NCBI GenBank assembly: GCA_003599815.1
Contig: QZJZ01000010.1
Coordinates: 15,050-79,049, forward strand
DNA: 64,000 nucleotides
Reading direction: 5' to 3'
DNA from: Candidatus Auribacter fodinae
GTDB lineage: Bacteria; Auribacterota; Auribacteria; Auribacterales; Auribacteraceae
The position numbers and the translations under genes were made by a program. The notes below the pieces were generated by a model that was not told the origin of the DNA, did not search any database, and saw nothing but the letters and a program-made list of their open reading frames with translations. This document shows, piece by piece, positions 36,281 to 46,500 of the stretch. Every line of letters begins with the position of its first letter. The first letter of the stretch is position 1.

Positions 36281-37450
36281 ATGACACTATCAGTTTTTGA
36301 TCGAGACCAGTTGGAACAGAATGAACATGCGCTCCTTGCTCCGTACGCAATGAAAAGCAATATGAGCAAAGGCAGGCTCTATAATGAACCGGAACATCCA
36401 TACCGTTCACGGTATCAGAGAGACCGAGACAGGATTGTGCATAGCAGGGCGTTTCGACGGCTTGAATATAAAACACAGGTGTTTGTTAATTCTGAAGGAG
36501 ATCATTTCCGTACACGCCTGACTCATACACTTGAAGTTGCTATGATTACACGAACCATCGGCCGGTGCCTGAGGCTCAATGAAGATCTGATAGAAACGCT
36601 CGCTCTGGCACACGATATGGGGCATCCGGCATTCGGGCATTCCGGTGAACAGAAACTGAACCAGCTCATGCAGGAACACGGAGGATTCGAACACAACCAC
36701 CAGACATTGCGCATCGTAGAGTTACTGGAAAAAAAATATCCTGATTTCGACGGACTGAACCTTACGTGGGAAGTACGAGAAGGAATAATAAAGCACAGCA
36801 TGGACTACAACAAGCCGGAAAAACACCAGTATGATCCATACAAAGCGCCCCTGCTTGAGGTACAAGCTGTAAACATCGGTGATGAAATAGCGTACAATTC
36901 ACATGACCTTGACGATGGGCTTTCCGCCGGTTTATTTACCTTCAGCGACCTTGCTCATATAGACATCTGGCGCGAAGCGTTTAATGCTGTGAACAAAAAA
37001 TATCACGAACTCGATGAAAAAACACTCGGCAGTTATGTCGTTCGTGAAATAATAGACCGTCAGGTTCAGGATGTTTTAACGCATACTCAACACATCATTC
37101 AGCAGTACGGCATATCCTCAGTTGATGATGTCCGCAATACTATGAAACCTATCGTTACATTAAGCCCTGAGCTGGAACAAAAAAATAAAGAGCTGAAAGA
37201 ATACCTGTACAAAAATTTCTACACTCATTATCAGGTTGAAATTATGAACCAGAAAGGATTGCGGATAATCCAGGAATTATTCGAGTTATTCATTAATAAT
37301 CCACGACTGCTAGACCCGTCCACACTGGAACGGCTTAATCATACACCTCTTCAACGAGTGGTCTGCGATTATATTGCAGGTATGACCGACCGCTACGCGT
37401 TCAATACGTACCGTAAACTATGCAGTTTGTCAGAACGCTATAATTTCTAA
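36281..37450 (+). CDS. dgt: dGTP triphosphohydrolase-like HD-domain protein
   Basis: ...YQRDRDRIVHSRAFRRLEYKTQVF...HFRTRLTHTLEVA... and ...LAHDMGHPAFGH... form the HD motif seen in the dGTPase family. Confidence 0.8.
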   Translation: MTLSVFDRDQLEQNEHALLAPYAMKSNMSKGRLYNEPEHPYRSRYQRDRDRIVHSRAFRRLEYKTQVFVNSEGDHFRTRLTHTLEVAMITRTIGRCLRLNEDLIETLALAHDMGHPAFGHSGEQKLNQLMQEHGGFEHNHQTLRIVELLEKKYPDFDGLNLTWEVREGIIKHSMDYNKPEKHQYDPYKAPLLEVQAVNIGDEIAYNSHDLDDGLSAGLFTFSDLAHIDIWREAFNAVNKKYHELDEKTLGSYVVREIIDRQVQDVLTHTQHIIQQYGISSVDDVRNTMKPIVTLSPELEQKNKELKEYLYKNFYTHYQVEIMNQKGLRIIQELFELFINNPRLLDPSTLERLNHTPLQRVVCDYIAGMTDRYAFNTYRKLCSLSERYNF

Positions 37451-37454
37451 AAGA

Positions 37455-38003
37455 TTATTTCTCGGCAGTGCGAATAGAAAAACCTATGTTGCCGGCAGAA
37501 AAGTTATCTTTACTCAACCAGATAACAGACCCGTCTGTCAGCAGGATATTACATCCGCCATTATGTCGAAATGCAGGATTCGCCATGGGGAATAAATCAA
37601 AACCCGCAGGATCATGTATCCCGTCTACGATCAGAACCTTGCGATGAGCGGCATCAGGAAGGCTGTGCTTGTCTTTAATATGGTCATACGCAGATTTATT
37701 CAGCGCGTAATGAGTGTATGTTTTGCCTTTTTCCGGCTGAACTGTTTTGTCCGCTGACGGGCAGACAAGATAATGCTGGTCAACCTTCAGCAGTTCATAC
37801 CACGGAGACTCAGGATGCTCGTCGAATAAAGCAGGGTTCTGTTCAATTTCTTCTATCATATTCTGGTATATTCTTTTCAAATGCCCCGCGCATATCAGTT
37901 GATGAAACTTGTCCGTACCGATGCGGACGCGCGTACCCGATAAAACAACAAGGAATATGATAATCATGGCGATTGCCAGATATTCTTTGATTGTCACTAT
38001 CAT
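37455..38003 (-). CDS. H-X9-DG (DUF1559-like) domain protein with N-terminal hydrophobic segment
   Basis: The C-terminal ...FRHNGGCNILLTDGSVIWLS... fits the H-X9-DG motif. The N-terminal hydrophobic helix is not a canonical prepilin (G-F-T-L-I-E) leader. Confidence 0.5.
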   Translation of the reverse strand: MIVTIKEYLAIAMIIIFLVVLSGTRVRIGTDKFHQLICAGHLKRIYQNMIEEIEQNPALFDEHPESPWYELLKVDQHYLVCPSADKTVQPEKGKTYTHYALNKSAYDHIKDKHSLPDAAHRKVLIVDGIHDPAGFDLFPMANPAFRHNGGCNILLTDGSVIWLSKDNFSAGNIGFSIRTAEK

Positions 38004-38055
38004 AATGAATCAGCCCTTGAATATGCTTGAACAGCAGTTATGAGGATTTTCCATA

Positions 38056-39705
38056 TCATAGACTGTCAATAGGACAATGGTCAAGAGGTATATAATTCTG
38101 AACGATTGGAATACGGCGCCCCTCACCGAATGCTTTCACTGACACTTTCAACGCCAATGCCGCCTGTTTACGTTTATATTCTGTCCGGTCAACCATCTGA
38201 ACAACACGAAGCACGGTTTCCCTGTCATACCCGGCGGTAACAATGTCTTCCACTGCCTGCTGTTCTTCGATATACAGGCGAAGAATCCCATCAAGTATAC
38301 CATAATCCGGTAACGTGTCCTGATCTGTCTGGTTGTGGCGCAGTTCCGCTGAGGGCGGCTTGGTAATGGACGATTCAGGTATAATCTCTCTGTCACGGTT
38401 CAAGGCGTACGCCAGTTCATACACACGGGTTTTAAACACATCCGCTATGACCGCCAGCCCGCCGCACATATCCCCATATAACGTACAGTATCCGACGGCG
38501 AGCTCCGATTTATTGCCGGTAGTCAACAACAACCAACGATGCTTATTCGATAAACTCATCAAAATGGAGCCGCGTATGCGCGCCTGCATGTTTTCTTCCG
38601 TAATATCCCACTGATCTGTCTGGAAAAATGGTGAGATGTGAGATAAATGCGATTGAAAAATAGGTTCTATCGGTATAGTGAAACATTCTATACCAAGGTT
38701 TTTCGCCAGATGAAGCGCATCGGTTTTGCTCCCTTCTGAAGAGAAGCGTGACGGCATGCTGACCCCTTTCACGTGCTCGCTTCCCAATGCGCGCTGAGCC
38801 AGAGCGGCGGTAAGAGCAGAATCTATACCTCCACTCAACCCAAGCACAACTGTCTTGAACCCTGTTTTGTGAGTATAATCCCTGATACCAAGCGTTAATG
38901 CTTCAATTAGATCATCATCAGGGTCAGGAAACTTAAACGTCGACGGGGTGTATTTTTCATCAGTATCATAAACAAGAGCTTCTTCGGAAAATCTGTCAAC
39001 CTGAGTTAAAGCCTCACCTTTTCCATTTACAACAACCGCGCCACCGTCAAAGATTATACCGTCGTTCCCTCCAACCTGATTCACATACAGTAAAGGCACA
39101 CCGCACCTTTTCCCGACAGAAGAGATTAGATTCAACCGTTTTTCCACTTTGCCTTCTTCAAACGGAGACGCTGAAATATTAATTAAATAATCAATGTTTT
39201 TCTCGATTAACTTTTCAATCGGGTCAACACGGTATTTGCGCATCGTTTCAAACCAGAGGTCTTCACAAATGCTAATACCAAAACGTTTACCCCGAATAGT
39301 CAGAACAGTGACAGATTCGGCAGGCGTGAAATACCGGTGTTCATCAAAAACATCATAGGTTGGCAGCAAAGACTTATGCACAAATCGCTGAACCTTCCCC
39401 CCTGAAAGATAGGCGGCGGCATTATACAATTGCCGCTTGCCGTCAACAATACCGGTATCCACACATCCGACGATAATGTCAATGCCTGTTTCCGCAGTCG
39501 CCTGAGCAAGCAGGGATACCGCCTGCCGGATATCATCAATGAATGACGGTTTATCGAGTAAATCTTTTGGCGGATAACCACATACAGACAGTTCAGGAAA
39601 AACAGCAAGATCAGCGGCGCTTTGCTGTATTATCTTACACATTCGTTTCAGATTATTATAAATATCCCCAACAACCGGATTAAAAGGCACTAACATAATT
39701 TTCAT
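38056..39705 (-). CDS. nadE: Glutamine-dependent NAD+ synthetase (CN-hydrolase + NAD synthase domains)
   Basis: The N-terminal nitrilase-like domain (...VFPELSVCGYPP...) is joined to a C-terminal PP-loop ...VVLGLSGGIDSALTAAL... Confidence 0.9.
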   Translation of the reverse strand: MKIMLVPFNPVVGDIYNNLKRMCKIIQQSAADLAVFPELSVCGYPPKDLLDKPSFIDDIRQAVSLLAQATAETGIDIIVGCVDTGIVDGKRQLYNAAAYLSGGKVQRFVHKSLLPTYDVFDEHRYFTPAESVTVLTIRGKRFGISICEDLWFETMRKYRVDPIEKLIEKNIDYLINISASPFEEGKVEKRLNLISSVGKRCGVPLLYVNQVGGNDGIIFDGGAVVVNGKGEALTQVDRFSEEALVYDTDEKYTPSTFKFPDPDDDLIEALTLGIRDYTHKTGFKTVVLGLSGGIDSALTAALAQRALGSEHVKGVSMPSRFSSEGSKTDALHLAKNLGIECFTIPIEPIFQSHLSHISPFFQTDQWDITEENMQARIRGSILMSLSNKHRWLLLTTGNKSELAVGYCTLYGDMCGGLAVIADVFKTRVYELAYALNRDREIIPESSITKPPSAELRHNQTDQDTLPDYGILDGILRLYIEEQQAVEDIVTAGYDRETVLRVVQMVDRTEYKRKQAALALKVSVKAFGEGRRIPIVQNYIPLDHCPIDSL

Positions 39706-39894
39706 TTTTTTGATCCTGAAATATTTATTTTGAACTCGACAAAAGCTCCATTATGCACAAAAAGCCGTCCCTGTTAAATACAATAAGCAAATAACTCGTT
39801 GAATTCAATACTTCTTTTTGATACTATTGCTATTTATCAAAAATGCGGACATTAATTGGCTATAAAACTATAATTCATTTTTTATCAAGTATTT

Positions 39895-41553
39895 ATGAAT
39901 TTCAAAGAATGCATATCACAACTTAATCCGAACCACTTAAAAACCATTACGGAGACGTATGGTATTGTAATAATACCGTTCGCTTCGCAACATGCTCGCG
40001 ATAAACTATTTGAGTATAGCAATAAACCGAATTTTTTCAAGGAATGCCTTGAATATTTATCGCCGGAACAGAAAAAAAGTCTTTTTTTGATCAATTTTTT
40101 CGCTGACTATCTTCCAGCGCCAATCATTAATCAATTCGTTGAGCAATCCGTTCCATGCCAAAAGATATTCGAAACCATCACTGTCCTTCTTAATGCAGGA
40201 TTCATTTTTCATATTATCAACACCGACACGGATGATTCGCATTATATTGTTCCTGATGAATTGCGCACGCTGCTTCATTCAATAGTGGCGAATAATAGAG
40301 CGCTTCTGTTCCCGGCCGAATCAATCGCTCCGTCACGCATCCATGCTGAACACGGTTCATTCATTCTTGGAGTGTTCGCTGTACTCATCGCAGGATTGAA
40401 AGACGAATTGCGCTTTAACATGGATAAAACGCTTAACAAGCGCGTCATAAATAAACTATCCAACCAGCTCTGCGTTATCGCCGACTCTCTGGGAGAAGAT
40501 ACGCTCTCGGCATACTGTAACGCATTGCTGGCGTATGTTACGTCTCTTGACCTGATTACACTCCGGGATCTTAAGCCTCTTTTCCGTATTAAACCGATTA
40601 ACGCATGGGTAAACCTCTCCTATACAGCAAAACAGGCGTCCTTTTTAAATTTCATTATAACATCATACGATGCTAACTACTCATGGCGCTCAATGATGCG
40701 GTTCATGGCGGAAATGAAGGAAGAAACCTTTTATCCTATAACTGCGCTGGCGGAATTGTACAAATCATTCTTTAAAGGCGATAATTTCTCGGAAGATACG
40801 TTTTATCGCAAACCATTATCGTATTTTCCCGTCTTCATACTCCACCAGCTCGATATTATAGAAATCGGTTCAAGCGACTTAGATACATTCTGCGCATGGA
40901 AAATTACCGACTCCGGCATGTGCCTTGTAAAAGGGATTATACCTGAAGCGGGAGAACCTCAGTACGATAACCGCATTATTATTCAGCCTAATTTTGAACT
41001 GATCATATCCAGAGATGCCGATCCACGCATATTGTGGAAACTCTATCTTGCCGCTGATATACACCAATGTGATTTTCTGATGCGGTTTCATTTCAATCGC
41101 CATTCTGTTCATCGCGGATTATCTCAGGAACTTGCTCAACCAGATATTTTTTCGATTCTGGAATCCAACACTGACCAGCCAATACCTCAAAACGTCTTGT
41201 ATTCACTAACGGAATGGTGCGAAGAATATGGATCTGTTTACTTTATGGACGTCTTCCTGCTTCGATGCAAAACCGCCCAACTGGCGGAACAAATCAGCCT
41301 GCATCCCAAGACACGAGATTATATTAAAGGTTCGTTTTCCGATACCGATTTGATTATCAGCAGGGAAGATTATCAGGACGTGTTTGATATCCTGCATTCA
41401 CTTGATCTGATGCCATTACGTAAAATCCGCAAACCGGATGCTAAATCGACTGAAAATATTCCTGATTTTTTAATTGATAACAACTATGTTCTGCGCCCTG
41501 TTTCGCAGTATAACGGACAGTCACTCAAATTTATCCCGGGCATAATAATATGA
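39895..41553 (+). CDS. XPB-helicase-associated partner protein of unknown function
   Basis: 552 aa with no catalytic motif I recognise. Its stop overlaps the start of the XPB-like helicase (ATGA), implying a co-translated pair. Confidence 0.5.
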   Translation: MNFKECISQLNPNHLKTITETYGIVIIPFASQHARDKLFEYSNKPNFFKECLEYLSPEQKKSLFLINFFADYLPAPIINQFVEQSVPCQKIFETITVLLNAGFIFHIINTDTDDSHYIVPDELRTLLHSIVANNRALLFPAESIAPSRIHAEHGSFILGVFAVLIAGLKDELRFNMDKTLNKRVINKLSNQLCVIADSLGEDTLSAYCNALLAYVTSLDLITLRDLKPLFRIKPINAWVNLSYTAKQASFLNFIITSYDANYSWRSMMRFMAEMKEETFYPITALAELYKSFFKGDNFSEDTFYRKPLSYFPVFILHQLDIIEIGSSDLDTFCAWKITDSGMCLVKGIIPEAGEPQYDNRIIIQPNFELIISRDADPRILWKLYLAADIHQCDFLMRFHFNRHSVHRGLSQELAQPDIFSILESNTDQPIPQNVLYSLTEWCEEYGSVYFMDVFLLRCKTAQLAEQISLHPKTRDYIKGSFSDTDLIISREDYQDVFDILHSLDLMPLRKIRKPDAKSTENIPDFLIDNNYVLRPVSQYNGQSLKFIPGIII

Positions 41554-43235
41554 AGTATCAACCAGACAACCCTTTAATCGTGCAGAGCGACAGCACTATT
41601 CTGCTCGAGGTAAACAACACGAAATACCAGGAAGCCCGTATCTGTATCAGCCGTTTCAGCGAATTGGAAAAATCTCCCGAACATATTCATACATATAGAA
41701 TTACTCCATTGTCTCTATGGAATGCCGCTTCAAGCGGGCTTGATCCGAACACTATCATAGATCAACTCAATGCATACTCAAAATACGATGTCCCGCAAAA
41801 TGTACTGCGCGACATCCTTGAATTTACCGGGCGTTACGGCAAAGTCAGATTGACTAAAGCAGATGATTCCGATGTATTGCTCCTTCACTCAACAGATCCG
41901 ATATTTATAGAGGAAATAAGCCACAATAAAAGCGCTCTCCCCTATATCGCCGGCAGAAAAGATGACAACCATTTGGAAATCAAACCTGAACACCGCGGAA
42001 TGATTAAACAGGTACTTATAAAAATGGGGTTCCCGGTCGAAGACCTTGCCGGATACAGACAGGGAACGCCGCATCCAATACATTTACGTGCTGAAACCAG
42101 TGCAGGACATCCGTTCAACCTGCGTCATTATCAGGAAGACTCAGTCGCTTGTTTTTATCAGGCAGGAAGCGTGCGCGGAGGCTCAGGAGTAATCGTGCTT
42201 CCCTGTGGCGCCGGTAAAACAATTATCGGTATAGCGGTTATGTCTCAACTTCAGACCCAGACACTGATCTTATGCACAAATATCGTCGCAGTACGGCAGT
42301 GGATGGATGAAATACTCGATAAAACCGACATCAGGCCAGAAGACATCGGTGAATACAGCGGCGAAAAAAAAGAAATCAAGCCGATAACCATTTCCACATA
42401 CCAGATACTCACCTACCGGAAAGACAAACAGTCCGATTTTGCTCATTTCCACTTATTTAACTCTCAGCAGTGGGGCCTGATCATATACGATGAAGTACAC
42501 CTTCTTCCCGCGCCGATATTCAGGATAACATCATCCATACAAAGTACTCGCCGTCTCGGTTTAACCGCTACTCTTATACGAGAAGACGGGCATGAATCCG
42601 ATGTATTCAGCCTGATAGGACCCAAAAAACAGGATATCCCGTGGAAAGAACTGGAAAAAGAAGGCTGGATTGCCACAGCATTCTGCCATGAAATACGTGT
42701 TCCGCTTCCTGATCACCTGCGAATGCAGCACGCTATGGCTACCTCAAAAACACAATATCGAATCGCGTCCGAAAATACAGCGAAAATATCTATCGTACAA
42801 AAACTTCTTGAAAAACATAAAAATGACAACGTGCTGATTATCGGCCAGTTTCTCACACAACTGGACGAGATAACAGAAGTAATAAAAGCCCCATTGATTA
42901 CCGGCAGTACAAAAAACGAAGAGAGGCAACGGCTATACTCTGAGTTTAAATCGGGTAAAATCAAAATACTTATTGTGTCCAAAGTCGCTAATTTTTCCGT
43001 TGATCTGCCTGACGCCAATGTCGCGATTCAGATTTCCGGCACATTCGGGTCAAGACAGGAAGAAGCGCAACGTCTGGGGCGTATTCTTCGCCCGAAAAAA
43101 ACAGGCGAACATGCCCATTTTTATTCCATCATAACCCGTGAAACGGCTGATCAGAAATACGCGGCAAAACGGCAGTTGTTCCTGACTGAACAAGGATACA
43201 GTTACGAGATCATTGATTCTAAGTCATTGGAATAA
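41550..43235 (+). CDS. XPB/Ssl2 (ERCC3)-like SF2 DNA helicase with N-terminal damage-recognition-like domain
   Basis: N-terminal PLIVQSDSTILLEV... DRD-like region. Helicase motif I, LPCGAGKT; motif II, IYDEVHLL; motif III, LGLTATLIRED; C-terminal RecA2 with ...QRLGRILR... Confidence 0.8.
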   Translation: MKYQPDNPLIVQSDSTILLEVNNTKYQEARICISRFSELEKSPEHIHTYRITPLSLWNAASSGLDPNTIIDQLNAYSKYDVPQNVLRDILEFTGRYGKVRLTKADDSDVLLLHSTDPIFIEEISHNKSALPYIAGRKDDNHLEIKPEHRGMIKQVLIKMGFPVEDLAGYRQGTPHPIHLRAETSAGHPFNLRHYQEDSVACFYQAGSVRGGSGVIVLPCGAGKTIIGIAVMSQLQTQTLILCTNIVAVRQWMDEILDKTDIRPEDIGEYSGEKKEIKPITISTYQILTYRKDKQSDFAHFHLFNSQQWGLIIYDEVHLLPAPIFRITSSIQSTRRLGLTATLIREDGHESDVFSLIGPKKQDIPWKELEKEGWIATAFCHEIRVPLPDHLRMQHAMATSKTQYRIASENTAKISIVQKLLEKHKNDNVLIIGQFLTQLDEITEVIKAPLITGSTKNEERQRLYSEFKSGKIKILIVSKVANFSVDLPDANVAIQISGTFGSRQEEAQRLGRILRPKKTGEHAHFYSIITRETADQKYAAKRQLFLTEQGYSYEIIDSKSLE

Positions 43236-43290
43236 ATCAGGTTCTTAACTAATTACTAAACCATTGTTTTATTAACGACGATATATTAAT

Positions 43291-43317
43291 TATACTTAGT
43301 CTCCTCAACTAAGTATA
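43291..43317. repeat. Perfect 10 bp inverted repeat TATACTTAGT-N7-ACTAAGTATA downstream of XPB gene
   Basis: Read directly: tatacttagt ctcctca actaagtata. It could be an RNA hairpin or a dimeric-regulator operator. Confidence 0.4.
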
Positions 43318-43330
43318 ATAACCCCTGAAG

Positions 43331-43366
43331 AACGAGGGCTGTTTTTCAGCCCTCGTTTGTTTCGCT
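43331..43366 (+). terminator. Rho-independent terminator after XPB helicase gene
   Basis: An 11 bp perfect stem AACGAGGGCTG / CAGCCCTCGTT with a TTTTT loop, followed by TGTTTCGCTTT. Confidence 0.6.
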
Positions 43367-43401
43367 TTACGCGACATAAAAAGTATTTTTAGCCTATCAA
43401 T

Positions 43402-43430
43402 TTGCAACCCGCCCGGTTATGCAGTATAAT
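43402..43430 (+). promoter_or_regulatory. Sigma-70 promoter (TTGCAA-N17-TATAAT) for giant subtilase gene
   Basis: Near-consensus hexamers at optimal spacing sit about 95 nt upstream of the ATG at 43525. Confidence 0.5.
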
Positions 43431-43524
43431 ATATAATGAAAGTGTAATAAAGCATGCTCTTTTTTTGTATTAAGAATAACCATACGTGTATTCACTAATG
43501 ATTATAAACATAAGGAAACGCATT

Positions 43525-46500
43525 ATGAGCACACTCCCCCTTCGAAACAGTGGTATTCGCGTATTATGCGCAATAGTGATATCACTTGTACTAGCAATGA
43601 ACTGCACGCTTCTTTTTGCCCAGTCCAGCAATAGCAGAAAAATAACCCGCGACAGAGAATCCACGCCTGATCGGGATGAACACATCTTTTTACGACGCAG
43701 TCACATAAATACGCGGTTCCATGACAGAACAAAAATACCTCGTCAATTAAGGACACGTTTTGCAAACAGGTTCATCATACAATTCAGCGATACCATTGAC
43801 GAATCATGGATTAATCAGCTGAATGATGCCGGGATAACCCTCGTTTCTTATATTCCTGAAAACGCATATATAATCACCATGAAAGAAGACGCGCCTATCG
43901 ACTGGTCACAGTTCCCTTTTGTCACATGGGCAGGCCCATATGAAGCGTACTATAAGCTGTCTGATGAAATTATCGCCAAAATTGAAGAACAACAGGATGT
44001 ACAGCCGACAGAAGCGGATCAGGAATTTCCTGAAATAATCTCTTTGAATGTGCTCTTTTTCCCGGGGGAAGAAGAAAAAGCGATTGAACAGATCGAAAAC
44101 CTGTTCGGTGAAGTCGTTTCTACCGTCAAACAGGGTTCTTTATCAATGGCAACCGTCCTGATACCCAGTTACCATCTCGAACAGGTAGCGCAGATTGACG
44201 GTGTAAAATGGATAGAAAGCGAACCGCGCTTAGTAAAACATAACGATCTTTCACGCAACCTGACCGGAGTTACCGCAACACTGCTGTCACACGCAACCCT
44301 GACAGGACGCGGTGTCATAGTTAATGTAAATGATACGGGAGTTGACCATACTCATCCCGCATTTGCGCTTAATCCCCTGCTCCCCACAAGTTATCCAGAT
44401 AACAACACCCGCATACGATACTATTCATGGGGTTCAGGAGAACAGGGTGACACTGACGCCCACGGCACACATGTATCAGGGTCTATACTCGGCAATGGCG
44501 CACTTTCCAATACAATCATTTCCGCTCCGGGTTCAACATACCCGTACTCAGTAAAAGGTATGGCTCCCGATGCGGAACTGGTTCTTATGGAAATATTTAA
44601 TGGAGGCGGTATTGCGCACACTACTATTTTAAACACCGCCTATACGCAAGGCGCCCGCATATCGTCCAACAGCTGGGGATACAACGGTTTTTTCGGTCCG
44701 CTTGCGCAATACGATTCTAATGCCGCAATATATGATGCCGGAGTCAGAGATGCGTTAAATATGACTTCAGGAGATCAGGGTTTGACAATATTGTTCGCCG
44801 CAGGTAATTCCGGTGGAGGAACCACGAACGGCCTCGGCGGAAAACCCAATACCGTCGCTTCGCCGGGAACAGCGAAAAACGTGATTACTGTCGGTGCGTA
44901 CGAACTTAACAGAAACGCTGACAACCACAATAACGCGGCAAGCAATGACAACGTTGGCGAAGTATCTTATTTCAGCAGCCGCGGTCCTGTGGAACCGGGT
45001 ACAGACGGTGAATTCGGGAGATTTAAACCGGATATCGTCGCTCCGGGCGTCTATGTTCTTTCAACGCATTCTTCTCAGTCCGAGGATTCCGATTCGTCAC
45101 CGACATCGTGGGATTACAAAGCGGGTAATGTCGACTCCGGTCCCCGATACGAATTTATGTCAGGGACAAGCATGGCATGCCCTGTCACAGCCGGAGTCAG
45201 TTCTCTTATTTATCAATACTACCGAGACCTCGGCAAAGCCATATCTCCCGCCTTACTTAAAGCTCTGCTTATCAATGGAGCCCGCAGTCTGAGCGCAATT
45301 TACGATTTTAATACTAAAGCAGATATAATTTATCAGGGCTGGGGAGGAATCAATTTACAAAATTCTATAGACGGACCGAACGGCATTGGTGACGCGAACG
45401 ACCTGCTTGTCTTCGATCAAGGAGATTTAGGCCTCTTGGAAACAGGCTCCACAGCTACCACCATTATTGCGGTTAATGACCTTTCACGCCCATTGCGTAT
45501 CACGCTTGTCTGGACAGACCCGCCGGGAGACCCCGCCGCTGATATAACACTGGTCAATAACCTTGACCTGCTTGTCACCGCGCCTGACGGTAAAGTATAC
45601 AGGGGTAATAACTTTCCTAAAGGCAGTACATGGACGGCTCCGGACGGCGAACACGATTTTATTAACAATGTTGAAAACGTCTATATCGACTCAGCGCTCA
45701 TCGGCGCCTATACTATATCTGTTAAAGGAACCTCCATTAACGCTGATGCCTGCACACAAACTCCCGGTACAATAGATCAGGATTTCGCGCTGGTTATCTC
45801 AGGAAGTATGGGATTCGAACCGCAGAGCTTCGCTTTAATCACCGTCAATAAACCGGTATGTAATATCGGTGAATTTATTACTGTATCCGTCGCAGATAAT
45901 GACCTCGCCGGATCAGGGTCATGCACCGTAACCGTATCCAGCGAAACGGAAACAGGCGAACAAATGACTCTTCTCGAATCCGCAACTGATGGTGTGTTTA
46001 ATGGTACCATACAGGTTGACAACGGCCCAGTCCAGGCTGGCGACGGCAAAATTCAGGTGGTTCAGGGAGAAGATATTGTCTTTACTTTCATAGATCAGGA
46101 TGACGGACAGGGCAATTTTAATACTCCTCGAACGGCAACAAGCCGCAGTAATACACCCCCTGTATTCTCCGGACTGCAATCATTAACGGAAGAAGAAAGT
46201 CAGATAACCATTTCATGGACTCCTGCCGTTGATCAGGAATCGCCAATAATCTACCGCATTTTCCGTAGAAAAGCCGGAGAAAGTTTTGATTTTTTCAGGC
46301 CATATATGGAAACAACAGACTTCTCCTTTACCGACACAATAGTTTCAGCGATCGTCACCTATCATTACCTTGTCCGTGCGGTCGACAAATATAACTTGTC
46401 AGACAGCAATACAGTAGAGTTATCAGGCAGTCCGGATGACTCAGTACCTCCATCATTTGAAGGATTAAAGGACATCTCTGCCGGTGACAGTACCATTCAG

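Noticed and set aside
43486-43524. 13-codon N-terminal extension of the giant subtilase ORF (MYSLMIINIRKRI)
   Set aside because: An AAGGA ribosome-binding site precedes the ATG at 43525, and the signal peptide begins there. The upstream ATG lacks a ribosome-binding site.
45800-45830. GGTTCGAATCC (tRNA T-loop-like) motif on the minus strand inside the giant subtilase gene
   Set aside because: The flanking sequence cannot form a T-stem, an acceptor stem or a cloverleaf. The motif encodes MGFEPQ in the plus-strand CDS, so it is a chance match.
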